Shown: positions 1 through 10,400, numbered from the stretch's first letter. The stretch is DNA of 32,000 nucleotides from Staphylothermus marinus F1 (GCF_000015945.1 NC_009033.1:180001-212000); one strand, 5' to 3'. Notes: generated by a model not told the origin, from the sequence alone. Numbers and translations: made by a program.

Positions 1-1
1 T

Positions 2-643
2 AATAAGGTAGTGCCTGAGAACCTGCTTATATTATCTGCTTATAGATTGACACCTCCCATCATGAAGTATTTGCTTGAGGAGAAGCCGGAAGCAGTTATT
101 CATGGAGTAATAGCTCCCGGGCATGTATCAGCAGTTATAGGATCTAATAGTTGGAAGTTTCTACCCGAGAAATACAACATACCAACAGTCGTTGCAGGTT
201 TTGAACCTATAGACGTATTGCTTGCAATATACTATATACTAGATATGATGGATAAAAACGAGCCTAAACTAATAAATGAATACACAAGAGTCGTGAAGCC
301 TGAAGGTAACGTCTTTGCTAAGAAAGTGATGAGCAAAGTATATGAGGTAAGAGATGCTTATTGGAGAGGTATTGGTGTTGTTCCTAAAAGCGGCGGATAT
401 CATTCAAGAGACTATTTAAAACATGATCTATACTATAATCTGGGAATAGAAGACAAACCAATAAAAGATATATTACCGGGTTGTAAATGTCCAGAGGTAA
501 CGCTTGGTATATCGAAACCCACAGATTGCCCATTGTTCATGAAAACATGTACACCAAGTAATCCATATGGGCCATGCATGGTTAGTAGTGAGGGAACTTG
601 TAGAATATGGGCAGAAAATCTGCCTTTAAAAATAAAGACCTAG
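2..643 (+). CDS. hypD: Hydrogenase maturation protein HypD, C-terminal ~210 aa (5' end lies upstream of the window)
   Basis: The frame is open from base 2, with no stop before the listed GTG at 11, so the gene is cut by the window edge. HypD hallmarks are present: APGHVSAVIG (PxHVSxxxG), VVAGFEPID, WRGIG, and the C-terminal Cys cluster PGCKCPEV..DCPLF..CTPSNPYGPCMVSSEGTC. Confidence 0.85.
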   Translation, partial: NKVVPENLLILSAYRLTPPIMKYLLEEKPEAVIHGVIAPGHVSAVIGSNSWKFLPEKYNIPTVVAGFEPIDVLLAIYYILDMMDKNEPKLINEYTRVVKPEGNVFAKKVMSKVYEVRDAYWRGIGVVPKSGGYHSRDYLKHDLYYNLGIEDKPIKDILPGCKCPEVTLGISKPTDCPLFMKTCTPSNPYGPCMVSSEGTCRIWAENLPLKIKT

Positions 644-646
644 TTC

Positions 647-1477
647 TTATACGAGAAGTATGGGTATAGGTGACAATCCAATTAATAATCTTTCATATCT
701 TGAAAGCCCTCCCATTAGAAAAGGTATCTTTGCAATTCTTCTCCAACCACGCATTGTAATCAATAAATACAAATCTTGAGCTTCCTTTAATGCTTTCTCA
801 ACAAAGATATCTAAATTATCGGATCTAATAAGTGTTAAGTCAACTTTTAAACCCATATTTGAAAGTCTCCGAAGTATTTCTTGATCCACTATGCGATCCT
901 TAGTGTGTGGCAGAATTATTCTTAGTCTATGTTTAAAACCATGTTTTTTAATTATATAGTAAGCATACCCTAGCGCTTTATTGATCAGTGCAGGATCCCT
1001 ACATAAAACACCAATACCATTCTTGTTTTTCTCTAATTTATCTCTATTAACATAGGAGTATGGAGTAATAATAAGGATGGGGATCTCTAAGGAACCTATA
1101 ATTTTTGTTGCTGTAGATCCTATTAGTTTTGGGGGCGGGGTAGGAGTAGCCGATGATGTAATTATTACTAAATCTATTTTATATTGTTTAACGTATTTCC
1201 TGATTTCCTTGACGGGGTTACCTTTCAATATTGCTTTTTTAATAGCTGTACAATCATGTTTATTCAAAACTATCTCTATGTCTTGAAAAGCATCTTCAGC
1301 GATCTTTCTAAACGATCCCACGTAGAGACGAGTGTATAGTGATCTCCTCTTCATGCTTGGAATAACTGATACAAGATGATATACCGCATCGGGAAATAAT
1401 GTTATACCGTATTCGGTAGCAAAGGATATTATTTCATTCTTAATGGCTGGTATAAGAATTTTTTTTATATTTAACAT
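647..1477 (-). CDS. Tandem universal-stress-protein (UspA-like) domain protein
   Basis: The USP alpha/beta pattern occurs twice. First copy: KKILIPA..GNPVKEIRKYVKQYKIDLVIITSS..LIGSTATKIIGSLEIPILIITP. Second copy: GIGVLCRD..AQDLYLLITMRG..LMGGLSRYERLLIGLSPIPILLV. The gene lies 20 nt downstream of the permease gene on the same strand. The call rests on motif pattern only. Confidence 0.5.
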   Translation of the reverse strand: MLNIKKILIPAIKNEIISFATEYGITLFPDAVYHLVSVIPSMKRRSLYTRLYVGSFRKIAEDAFQDIEIVLNKHDCTAIKKAILKGNPVKEIRKYVKQYKIDLVIITSSATPTPPPKLIGSTATKIIGSLEIPILIITPYSYVNRDKLEKNKNGIGVLCRDPALINKALGYAYYIIKKHGFKHRLRIILPHTKDRIVDQEILRRLSNMGLKVDLTLIRSDNLDIFVEKALKEAQDLYLLITMRGWRRIAKIPFLMGGLSRYERLLIGLSPIPILLV

Positions 1478-1497
1478 AAATGTTCCCTCTGATCATT

Positions 1498-2793
1498 TTA
1501 TCCATAACGGAGTATTAAATATATTGATGAAACAATAATAGATAAGATCATAACGGTCATTCCATATTTAAGGAATCCACTAAATGATACCGGATACCCG
1601 TGCCTTTCCGAAATACCTGCTACTACAACATTAGCGCTTGCACCAATCAATGTACCGTTTCCACCTAAACAGCTTCCCAAGCTTAACGCCCAATACAATG
1701 GTGTTGCATTATAGTTTAAATGAACCAATATCTCGTCAAGGACTGGTAGCATGGTCATAACAAACGGGATATTATCTATAAAAGCCGATGTTATTGCTGA
1801 AATCCAGAGGATCATAAGCATTAAGACGATATAGCTTCCCGAAAATGAAAGTATACCGGTAGCTATTTCATGCATTAATCCAAGTTTTTCTATACCTTTT
1901 ATAGTCATGAACATTGCAGCAAAAAACACCAGTGTAGTCCAATCAACTCTGTGAAGCACTTCTTCAATATTAATTCTTCTGCCGACGAGTATGAAGAGTA
2001 GAGCGACACCTATTAGAGCAGGTACGGCTGGAGGATAACCTAGAACGTCTTCTAGGGTAAATAAAGATATTACGGACAAGAACGGTAAAATAACTTTTTC
2101 AGCTTGTTTCTTATCTATATAAGCTATATATGATACTTCTCCGAGGCTAACACGTTTCACTTTCGAGTAGAAGTCATGGAACCAATCTCTAGACAAAAAT
2201 CTTACCACAATAATAAATGCTAAAAACACCAATATTATTGCAGGTGCAACATTATATATAAAATCCATGAATCCTAGGTCAGCATGTGATCCTATGAGAA
2301 TATTCGGAGGATCACCTATCAACGTAGCAGTACCACCTATATTCGATGCAAAGACTATCATTATAAGCAAAGGTCTAGGATCCACCCTTAATTTTTCAGT
2401 AATCTCTATAACTATAGGAGATATTATCAGAACAGTTGTTACATTATCGATAAAAGCCGATATTAATGCTGTAGCACCAGTTAGAACAACAACTAATGTA
2501 TAGGGTTTACTAAAATATTTTCCAAGTATTTTTGAAGATAAATAATTAAAAAACCCTGTTTCACTCAGCACACTCACCATTATCATCATAGACATCAACA
2601 ATAATATAGTATCTATGTCTATACTATCTATTAATTCTCGAAAACTAGTGAAGTGAAGGAAAATATTAAGAATCATTACAAGTCCAGCAACTATCAATGC
2701 AACAACAGTCCTATGAGCAATCTCCAGCGTTAATAACGTGTAAAGCAGTATTAATATAAGAGCTCCTATTAATGGGTAAACCGATATCACCAC
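1498..2793 (-). CDS. Polytopic ion/anion permease of the ArsB/NhaD (YbiR/CitMHS-like) type; substrate unknown
   Basis: This is a 431-aa, very hydrophobic protein with an internal two-fold repeat. Paired motifs are SAFIDNVTTVLI / SAFIDNIPFVMT and GGTATLIGDPPN / GGNGTLIGASAN, as in ion-transporter-superfamily permeases. Confidence 0.6.
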   Translation of the reverse strand: MVISVYPLIGALILILLYTLLTLEIAHRTVVALIVAGLVMILNIFLHFTSFRELIDSIDIDTILLLMSMMIMVSVLSETGFFNYLSSKILGKYFSKPYTLVVVLTGATALISAFIDNVTTVLIISPIVIEITEKLRVDPRPLLIMIVFASNIGGTATLIGDPPNILIGSHADLGFMDFIYNVAPAIILVFLAFIIVVRFLSRDWFHDFYSKVKRVSLGEVSYIAYIDKKQAEKVILPFLSVISLFTLEDVLGYPPAVPALIGVALLFILVGRRINIEEVLHRVDWTTLVFFAAMFMTIKGIEKLGLMHEIATGILSFSGSYIVLMLMILWISAITSAFIDNIPFVMTMLPVLDEILVHLNYNATPLYWALSLGSCLGGNGTLIGASANVVVAGISERHGYPVSFSGFLKYGMTVMILSIIVSSIYLILRYG

Positions 2794-2911
2794 TTGTCAT
2801 CGTATGTGCTTTTATTATTACCAGAATTCTTATGTTATATTGATTAACTCTAAAATATTTATCTACAAAAAATATTTAGGAATTGATCACTATATATGTT
2901 GGAGGGTATAT

Positions 2912-3568
2912 ATGAGAAACGATCTAATAATAATTGATAATCCATTAGCGAAATACTACCTAACTATTCTAAGAGATCATAGAACTACTCCCAAAGTTTT
3001 CCGAGACTATATTAGAAGACTTGGTTTCATACTAGGATATGAAGCTTCCAAGTATCTGAAATGGAAAAAAGTATTTGTAGAAACACCACTAGCAAAGTCT
3101 GAGGGGTTAGAAATAGGTAAGCCTGTCCTGATCGTAGGTGTTCTTGGAGCATCAATACCGATGATTGAAGGTATATGGGATGCATTACCATGGGCTGGAC
3201 TAGGCCTTGTTGCAGCTAGAAGACATGAATATCCTGATAGAGTCGAGGTTGATGTATACTATGAGAGATTACCAGAGGATCTATCAATCTATACTATCCT
3301 ACTCATCGATCCTATGCTAGCAACTGGTAAAACAATAGTTAAAGTGATTAAGAAGCTACGAGAGAAAAAAGCGAAAGATATTGTTATTCTAACTATCATA
3401 TCGAGTAAGCCTGGAATTGAATATGTGAGAAGAGAATTAGGAAATATTCCAATAATTACCGTGGCCATAGATCCATTGCTTAACGATAAATTCTTTATAG
3501 TACCCGGTTTAGGAGATGCTGGCGATAGAGGATTGAGCCATGATTATGTTGAAGAGAAAAGAGTGTAA
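2912..3568 (+). CDS. upp: Uracil phosphoribosyltransferase
   Basis: It has the PRPP-binding loop LLIDPMLATGKT and the C-terminal uracil-binding motif IVPGLGDAGDR. The preferred start is ATG 2912, preceded by GGAGGG (2901-2906). The track start at 2804 adds 36 low-complexity residues (MCFYYYQNSY..) that are unlikely to be real. Confidence 0.85.
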   Translation: MRNDLIIIDNPLAKYYLTILRDHRTTPKVFRDYIRRLGFILGYEASKYLKWKKVFVETPLAKSEGLEIGKPVLIVGVLGASIPMIEGIWDALPWAGLGLVAARRHEYPDRVEVDVYYERLPEDLSIYTILLIDPMLATGKTIVKVIKKLREKKAKDIVILTIISSKPGIEYVRRELGNIPIITVAIDPLLNDKFFIVPGLGDAGDRGLSHDYVEEKRV

Positions 3569-3631
3569 ATTAATTATTTATTGATTAATTCACACCTAAC
3601 TTTATATTTCGGGAATTATGCTGAATTATTT

Positions 3632-4588
3632 TTAATAAGTTCTATATTCTTTTCCAAATAACCCATACTTTATAGCTACATGAACTTCTTTGCCTATTAT
3701 GCTAGATATTGTGGATTGAATACGTTTAACAACCTCCATGGGATCATGTTTCAGCTCTGAAGCATACTGTTTTAAGCCAAGTTTTAGAATAAATGCTTTC
3801 CCTGTATCTTGATAGTTTATTTTCCTCAGAATTAATCCATAGTCTTTCAACATGCGTGGTATTAGACCTAATGCTATGCATTTGATTCTGTCACCATTAT
3901 AGCCTAGCGTTATATTATGTTTTTTCTTATGAATAATATTTACAACTATGTTTCCATGAATAGAGGCGTTTTCACATATAATTCCTCCAACAATAAATGC
4001 TACATCTAAAGATGATGGCAATTCACTTACCTCTGACAACTTAATGTTAGCAACAATATCCCTCTCAATCATAGTTAAATGCACAAGATCAACAATTAAT
4101 CCTATCTTAGTGAGCTCGTTTAGTAATAAGTATTCAATATATGGAAAATCTATTGGTTTTTCCTCAACAACGACTTTTTTGGCAACTGGTTTAACTATAG
4201 CGGTAGATCCAGGTTTTTCTCCTTGAATCATGTCTTTGATTAAATCCAGGGGAAACACGTGCATATTTATTCTCTTCTCAGCTAGTGTATCTTTTAATAA
4301 GTTAGAAACTAGGTTTAAGCACTCACTCATTTCGATATCGGGATTATTATCTAGGAAACAATCAAGTACCTCATTTTTATAACCATATAAATGAGCTCTA
4401 ATACTTGTACCCTCAACATTTGTAACTAGGGTAATATATAGGGGATTTTCTTTGCTTTCGCGTAGGAGATTATTTATTGATATTTCTGCATTACTCCTCA
4501 CAGACCTAACTAGTTTTCCCTCGAGGAGGAGTCTGCTCCTAAACACTATATCTCTGAATATTTTAGGCCTCTCTTCTTTAGAGGGCAC
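3632..4588 (-). CDS. Hypothetical 318-aa protein of unknown function, two-lobed with a charged linker (..GEKPGSTAIVKPVAKKVVVEEKPID..)
   Basis: This is a long clean ORF with a GTG start at 4588 and only antisense shadow ORFs inside it. A TATA-like element lies ~22 nt upstream. I recognised no family motif. Confidence 0.5.
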   Translation of the reverse strand: MPSKEERPKIFRDIVFRSRLLLEGKLVRSVRSNAEISINNLLRESKENPLYITLVTNVEGTSIRAHLYGYKNEVLDCFLDNNPDIEMSECLNLVSNLLKDTLAEKRINMHVFPLDLIKDMIQGEKPGSTAIVKPVAKKVVVEEKPIDFPYIEYLLLNELTKIGLIVDLVHLTMIERDIVANIKLSEVSELPSSLDVAFIVGGIICENASIHGNIVVNIIHKKKHNITLGYNGDRIKCIALGLIPRMLKDYGLILRKINYQDTGKAFILKLGLKQYASELKHDPMEVVKRIQSTISSIIGKEVHVAIKYGLFGKEYRTY

Positions 4589-4605
4589 TATGTGGGATAC
4601 ACCCC

Positions 4606-4615
4606 TTTATATATA
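4606..4615 (-). promoter_or_regulatory. TATA-box-like element (minus strand TATATATAAA) for the 318-aa ORF
   Basis: It is centred ~22 nt upstream of the GTG at 4588, within the 88-bp gap after hypB. That spacing implies a leaderless or near-leaderless transcript with its own promoter. TATA-like strings are common in this AT-rich DNA. Confidence 0.3.
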
Positions 4616-4675
4616 GGTAGATCGAAATAGATATTTTTAACGATATATAAAATTGATGCTTCGAATATTTAAATA

Positions 4676-5416
4676 TTAACTGTTTTTGTCAAAAATGTTT
4701 TTAGAAATAGCCACCATTGTTTTCCAGAAGTCAGAATTCTTTATTTTTTCTATATTACCAATAATGTTATCTAAGTCGTGATAGTATGGTATATTACCTA
4801 AGTATCGGATATTATATTTTTTAGAAACACTTACTAGTTTCCTAGTATCCGACATGTTTTCGATTAAACCATTAATTCTATATTTTCCTTCAACTAGTAA
4901 TTCAATTAGTCTCTCAACACTCTTTATCGATAATGGGCTAGGAGTAGCTACTAATAATGCTTCTATTCTATCGCCTAGGTATGTCAATAGTTCTAAGTGT
5001 TCATCGCTAATCCCAGGAGGTGTGTCAATAAATAAATAATCTAGATCACCCCATCTAGTTATAGCTAGTATTTCTCGAAAAGCTTCAGATACCGCTTCTC
5101 CTCTTAGAGGCAATGGATTATCTCCACTATACAGTGCTATACTCATGTATTTTACTCCGTATACTGTTGGAGGGATCACACCTTTTTCCTCAATGATCTC
5201 TAGCTTGTCAGGCTCTATTCCGAGAACAATATGTGTTGATGGATTTGTGAAGTCTAGATCAAGAAGTCCCGTTCTATAACCATTATCCGCTGATATGAGC
5301 GATAAAACTGTAGATATAAGTGTTTTACCGACTCCTCCCTTACTGCTCATTACTGGTATAATATGTTTAACACCCATAAGCCTTTTAGGAATAACTAGTA
5401 GTCTAGGATCACTCAT
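4676..5416 (-). CDS. hypB: Mrp/MinD-family P-loop ATPase, probable ATPase-type HypB (nickel insertion partner of HypA)
   Basis: It has the deviant Walker A SSKGGVGKT and Walker B YLFIDTPPG. Its ATG overlaps the hypA stop (ATGA at 5413-5416), which indicates translational coupling. Thermococcales are known to use an Mrp/MinD-type ATPase in place of GTPase HypB. Confidence 0.7.
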   Translation of the reverse strand: MSDPRLLVIPKRLMGVKHIIPVMSSKGGVGKTLISTVLSLISADNGYRTGLLDLDFTNPSTHIVLGIEPDKLEIIEEKGVIPPTVYGVKYMSIALYSGDNPLPLRGEAVSEAFREILAITRWGDLDYLFIDTPPGISDEHLELLTYLGDRIEALLVATPSPLSIKSVERLIELLVEGKYRINGLIENMSDTRKLVSVSKKYNIRYLGNIPYYHDLDNIIGNIEKIKNSDFWKTMVAISKNIFDKNS

Positions 5417-5823
5417 TTTTCTTCACCAAGCTCTATAGAATCTATTTCAACACCCCTACCCTTAACTATTTCAAAATCTCTAGAACCACATCTAGGACAT
5501 TTAAAGAATGAATACACTGTTTCAGGCACGAAATGAATAGCCTCTCTAATAGATTCATCTACATCATCCATTTTAGGGCTCCACTCATAGCCACATCTCC
5601 TACATTTTAAAACAACAGGTTCATCGATAAGATCAATCTTATCAATTACTATATCACGCAGAGAAAGTAACTGGTTCAGAGAAAAACTAAGAATTTCCTT
5701 ATCAATACTTTGCAGAACACCTAGCTTTACCACTAATCTCTTAACATGATTAATACCTTTCTGTTTAGCATAGTTCTCAACATAATCTAATAATGCCTCA
5801 GCTAGAGCCCATTCATGAACCAT
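5413..5823 (-). CDS. hypA: Hydrogenase nickel-incorporation protein HypA
   Basis: The N-terminal MVHEWALAEALL matches the MHE nickel-site motif. The zinc site has two Cys pairs, CRRCGYEW .. CPRCGS. The 136-aa size is typical. Confidence 0.85.
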   Translation of the reverse strand: MVHEWALAEALLDYVENYAKQKGINHVKRLVVKLGVLQSIDKEILSFSLNQLLSLRDIVIDKIDLIDEPVVLKCRRCGYEWSPKMDDVDESIREAIHFVPETVYSFFKCPRCGSRDFEIVKGRGVEIDSIELGEEK

Positions 5824-6039
5824 TCTTCCACCGCCACATTATCAATATTTTTTGACGAGAATCAGTATAGAAAATAATGCCTTATATGAATATAAGCGAT
5901 TATGATCAATTATGTTCTAACTATCAATTAATAATTATGCACACAAAATTAAGTAATTTATATTTTTAAAACAACATATCTAGTAATAGCTTAACCATGT
6001 CCTAATCATCCAAATACGTCATGTATAGAGGGATAGGGT

Positions 6040-7329
6040 TTGTCGCATGAAACAACAAGAAGTAGTCGAATTCCAGGATTCTATAAGAAAAGCCTTGATG
6101 AAAGACTTAGGATCGTTGCTGAATGGACAGGTTTAACGGAAGAAGAAATTAATTTGTTGAGAAACCTAGGTAATTTACCGGAGAAAATAGCTGATTCAAT
6201 GATTGAAAACGTTATTGGTGGAATGACTTATCCATTCGCAGTAGCTGTAAACTTCAAAATCAATGGTAAAGATTATCTTGTCCCAATGGTTATTGAGGAG
6301 ACAAGCGTTGTTGCAGCAGCTAGTAATGCCGCAAAAATGCTTAGAAGAGGTAAAGGGATAATTGCACGTGCTGGCCCCCAAGAAATGATTGGCCAGATCC
6401 ACCTTGTAAACATTGAAGCCCCCTATTATAAATCAATGAAGATCCTGGAACATAAGGAGGAAATAATAGATCATGCTAAACAACAAGATTCAACACTACT
6501 AAAACTAGGCGGGGGTCCACGTGATTTAGAGGTCAGAGTCCTAAATACTCGTATAGGCCCCGTAATAGTTGTTCATTTAATAGTCGATGTACTAGATGCT
6601 ATGGGAGCTAATGCTGTGAATACTATGGTTGAATCCATTGCTCCCTTACTCGAAAAAATTACTGGCGGAGAAGCAAGGCTCCGAATAATAAGCAATTATG
6701 CTACTCGTAGAATAGTGCGTGCATGGGTTCGAACAGATCCAGAGGATGTTGGCGGGAAAGATATTGCGAGAAAAATTGTTGAAGCAAGTATTTTAGCAGA
6801 AGCTGATCCCTACAGAGCTGTTACACATAATAAGGGCATAATGAATGGAATCATAGCCGTAGCACTAGCTACAGCCCAAGATCACAGAGCAATAGAGGCT
6901 GGAGCACACGCCTATGCTTCTAGATCAGGTGTATATAAGCCGTTAAGCACATGGGAACTAGATGAAGAAGAAATGCTTGTTGGAAGCCTTGAGCTCCCCT
7001 TACAAGTTGGAATAGTGGGTGGCGCTACAAAGGTTCATCCAATAGCTAAGATAGCATTGAAAATACTAGGTGTGAAAACAGCTAAGGAATTAGCAGAAGT
7101 AATGGCCGCTGTAGGCTTAGCTCAAAACCTAGCTGCTCTAAGAGCACTTGTTCATGAAGGAATACAGAAGGGACATATGAGACTGCATGCTAGAAACCTA
7201 GCTATAATGGCGGGTGCTACAGGGGAATTAATAGATAAAATAGCTGAGAGAATGATTAGTGAGGGAAGAATAAGATATGATTACGCTAAAAAATTATTGG
7301 AAGAATATTTGAAAGGCGAATATAAGTAA
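6040..7329 (+). CDS. hmgA: 3-hydroxy-3-methylglutaryl-CoA reductase (class I, archaeal mevalonate pathway)
   Basis: Motifs seen are ENVIGGMTYPFAVAVNFKING, EETSVVAAASN, DAMGANAVNTM, GIVGGATKVHP and the C-terminal GHMRLHARN. The start is TTG at 6040 and the stop is TAA at 7327-7329. Confidence 0.9.
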   Translation: MSHETTRSSRIPGFYKKSLDERLRIVAEWTGLTEEEINLLRNLGNLPEKIADSMIENVIGGMTYPFAVAVNFKINGKDYLVPMVIEETSVVAAASNAAKMLRRGKGIIARAGPQEMIGQIHLVNIEAPYYKSMKILEHKEEIIDHAKQQDSTLLKLGGGPRDLEVRVLNTRIGPVIVVHLIVDVLDAMGANAVNTMVESIAPLLEKITGGEARLRIISNYATRRIVRAWVRTDPEDVGGKDIARKIVEASILAEADPYRAVTHNKGIMNGIIAVALATAQDHRAIEAGAHAYASRSGVYKPLSTWELDEEEMLVGSLELPLQVGIVGGATKVHPIAKIALKILGVKTAKELAEVMAAVGLAQNLAALRALVHEGIQKGHMRLHARNLAIMAGATGELIDKIAERMISEGRIRYDYAKKLLEEYLKGEYK

Positions 7330-7375
7330 AAATATATCAATCATTTTTAACCAAAATAATATATGGCCCAGACAC

Positions 7376-7397
7376 CCAAGCCCCGATGAGGGCTTGG
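7376..7397. other. Perfect 8-bp GC-rich hairpin (CCAAGCCC / CGATGA loop / GGGCTTGG) inside a GC-rich island between convergent genes
   Basis: Pairs 7376-7383 with 7390-7397 were read directly. A flanking GGCCC (7365-7369) can pair with GGGCC (7411-7415). T/A runs lie on both sides (7344-7348; 7436-7441). The element is either a bidirectional 3'-end or terminator structure, or the core of a small RNA. Confidence 0.4.
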
Positions 7398-7425
7398 ATT
7401 AGGGATGAAAGGGCCTGGGACGTAT

Positions 7426-10400
7426 TCACCGCCGCTTTTTTCTAAACCATATAACTAATATAAGCAATGTTGCTATGGCAACAATTATTGATATATAAAG
7501 ATATATTGGCGGGGTCGGAATCCAATTATTGATACTATTATTGTTGCTTATTGTCTTGCTTGTAGTATTCATAGTTATTGATTGATTCGGTATTGATGTA
7601 GTTGATTCAGACGTGTTTGTCCCGGTAATTTCTACTATTTTCGAAACTACAGCTTTATTTCCGGATTTATCCATTGAAATAATTGTTAGATTATGTATTC
7701 CAGGCTCTAATTTTATCTTAGTTATCAAAGATTTATTTGTAGAAGACACATTTTTCAATACGCTTCCATCAACGATTATTTCAGCATATTTAATCGGCGA
7801 ATACTTATCTGACACATTAATTTCTGCAAAGTATTCATTGTCCAGCTTATTTATAGTTATATTTATTGCGGGAGGTTTTCTATCTATTACTAATTTTAGT
7901 AATACTATTCTATAATTCATTCCTTCATCAATAAATATGAATGAGACATAGTATGTGCCGTCGGATCTAAACTCTATTGATTGATTAATAACTTTCCCAA
8001 CGGTAAAACCTAGATAAGTAATGGGCATGTAGTCATCGAGACTTGGTGGTTTATATTTATCTTTCTGAATATTTACACCTGCAAATATCCTCTTACTAAT
8101 ATTATCAAACACTTGAAACCTAAACAGTATACTTCTATTATTTGTATATGTATCATTTATCGGAGATAGAATATTAACAATGGGCTTATGAAGATCAAGA
8201 TAGAAACCTATAATGTAGTTCGAGGAATGCCCAGCAGAGTCTATTCCTTTAAGTTTTAATATATAGTATCCCTCTCCTGGAACCATTAATTTAAACAAGT
8301 ATCCCCCGTCTTCATTAAACACTCCAAGCCTTGCATTATTGTCTATCACTATTCTTGCAATACTGTTGTTTATATATAGTGTAGCGTTTTCCAAGAATGC
8401 ATCAGATATGTTTACATATAATGGTATTAGGTATGATCCATCGTATTCAGTAACATATGTTATGTCTCTCCTTATAGGATTAAATCTGGGCACAACACTA
8501 TTGTTTCTCCACGAGCCACCTACTCCGATAACCGGTATTCTCATATATAGTTTTGGTGGATGATTATCTACAAACCATACATACTTATAAACAATGTTTT
8601 CCCCGTAATAACAAGAAGCATTTATCAATACTTCATGTATACCATCCAATAATTGCGAAGTATCAATAACTATATTAGCATTAATCCGGCCATTAATGCT
8701 TGGAATAGATAGAAACAATTTATCGTCAATATAAACATTTACTAGGAAAACTCTATTACCAGATATATTAAATCGAACTATTCCCTCAATAAACGTATTA
8801 TTTAGTGGTTCTGGATTAATTGATAAAACGGGTTGCTCATAGGTATTATTAAATATGATCCTAAACATTACAACTCTTAAATTTCCAGCTAAATCTACTG
8901 CTTTAAATATTAAGTAGTGTTCTCCGTTAGGATATTCTATTGTGTTAAGCAATAAACCATGTTCTCCCGCGATGTCGGTTTCAAATAATATTTTTGAATC
9001 CAGTATAACAGATAAGTTTTTGAAATGTTCATCATTCACTATGATTGTTAAATTCAATATCCCATTTACAACCGTGTTATTTGTTAATCCACGAATAATG
9101 ATTATTGGAGGATTTGAGTCTTTTACAAGGAACAACCTAATAGTATAGTTTAGATCCTGAACTCTTAGATCCAAATAATACGGTCCATCGGGTAGAATAG
9201 TTGTGTTGATCAAGATATAGTTTGTTCCTTGTGTTAAAGTATAGTTAGCTAGAATTGAATTGTTTATATATATTTCAACTTTATATGTTGAATCCGATAG
9301 TATTTCAAGTGTATATATAGCTCCAACTATGGATTGATTTATTGGATTAACAACTTTAACATGACTGCCTAATACTCTAAAAACTATATTGGTATATGAG
9401 CTAAAACCATATGTATTCCAAGACTTAATTTCTAGAGTATACGTTCCCTCGTCTAGATTTATTTCTTTAAAGAACTGATTATGTTTAGTATATGTGGAAA
9501 ATACTATATCATTGCTTTGATTAAGTATTGATACCTCTGTAATATATACGGCTGATTCATTATCAATAAATGATGCATTTATAAATATAGGGTTAGAAAC
9601 AATGCTTTCATTTCTTGGAGTAACCACATGTATAACTGGCGGTGAGTAATCAACAGTAGTGTTTTCATTAAACCTTAATAATTCGATTACGGATGAAGCT
9701 GTATTGTTTTTATATGCAAACATAAAGTATACTGTGTTATTCAGGTATACAGTATCATATTTTGAAGCTATATGCTGTAGTAAGTGATCCCAGTATATAA
9801 TGTTGCTTTTATTGAGTTTAGTATAAGTTAATACATAGTATTCATTCCATTTTATAATAGGCTCTGGATATGTATCATTGTCATGATCTGTAAGAAATAG
9901 CGTTATACGGGGATTCGTTGAGTTTAAGAACAATCTATGAGTCGCATTGTTAATTACATTAAAATAATTTATTAATAATGATTTATTAGCTACTGCATAG
10001 TAAATAATTGATAAAAAGTTTCCTAAGGGATAAAAACCATATAGTGAAAATTCATTGATACTGATAGGGAAGGGAATAGTGTAGAATATATTCTTTGTAT
10101 CGTCATATATAGCAAGTACTAATGTATTAGTGCTATTTAGTGGTATAATAAAAGTAGTGTTTACTACGATTAGTGGAGGAGTTATTATAGGTGTTCCATT
10201 AAATATTCGAGTTTCTCCATCAACATTAATTGTTGTTTCATTACTACTAATGCTTATTGTTACATTATGATCTATAAGAATTGTTGAAGGATAAATGTTT
10301 GATCTAGTGCCGTAAAATATGTTTCCACAATAAATCATTTTAGATATGAGAGCAGGCTGATTTTGAATAATAGTTTTACTTATTGGATCAATAATTATTT

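Noticed and set aside
2804-2911. N-terminal 36-aa extension of upp (MCFYYYQNSYVILINSKIFIYKKYLG..)
   Set aside because: This is low-complexity translation of AT-rich promoter-like DNA. The ATG at 2912 has a GGAGGG just upstream and gives the normal Upp N-terminus and length.
5881-5896. Near-perfect AT-rich palindrome CTTATAT-GA-ATATAAG and nearby ATTATG / ATCAATTA repeats in the hypA-hmgA divergent intergenic region
   Set aside because: Short AT-only palindromes and repeats are expected by chance in promoter DNA of this composition. There is no second copy elsewhere in the window and no adjacent regulator to link them to.
7365-7415. H/ACA pseudouridylation guide interpretation of the hairpin (lower stem GGCCC/GGGCC, pocket, upper stem with CGATGA k-loop)
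   Set aside because: The lower stem is only 5 bp. No ACA/ANA box follows it at the required position; the sequence there is UGGGACG. A C/D reading also fails because no CTGA box lies at 12-nt spacing. It is kept only as a generic structured-RNA or terminator candidate.
7613-9148. Plus-strand ORFs 7613-7915, 8339-8563 and 8942-9148 inside the surface-protein gene
   Set aside because: They are short antisense ORFs within a 3.5-kb minus-strand gene that has coherent repeat and signal/anchor architecture. They show no independent signals.
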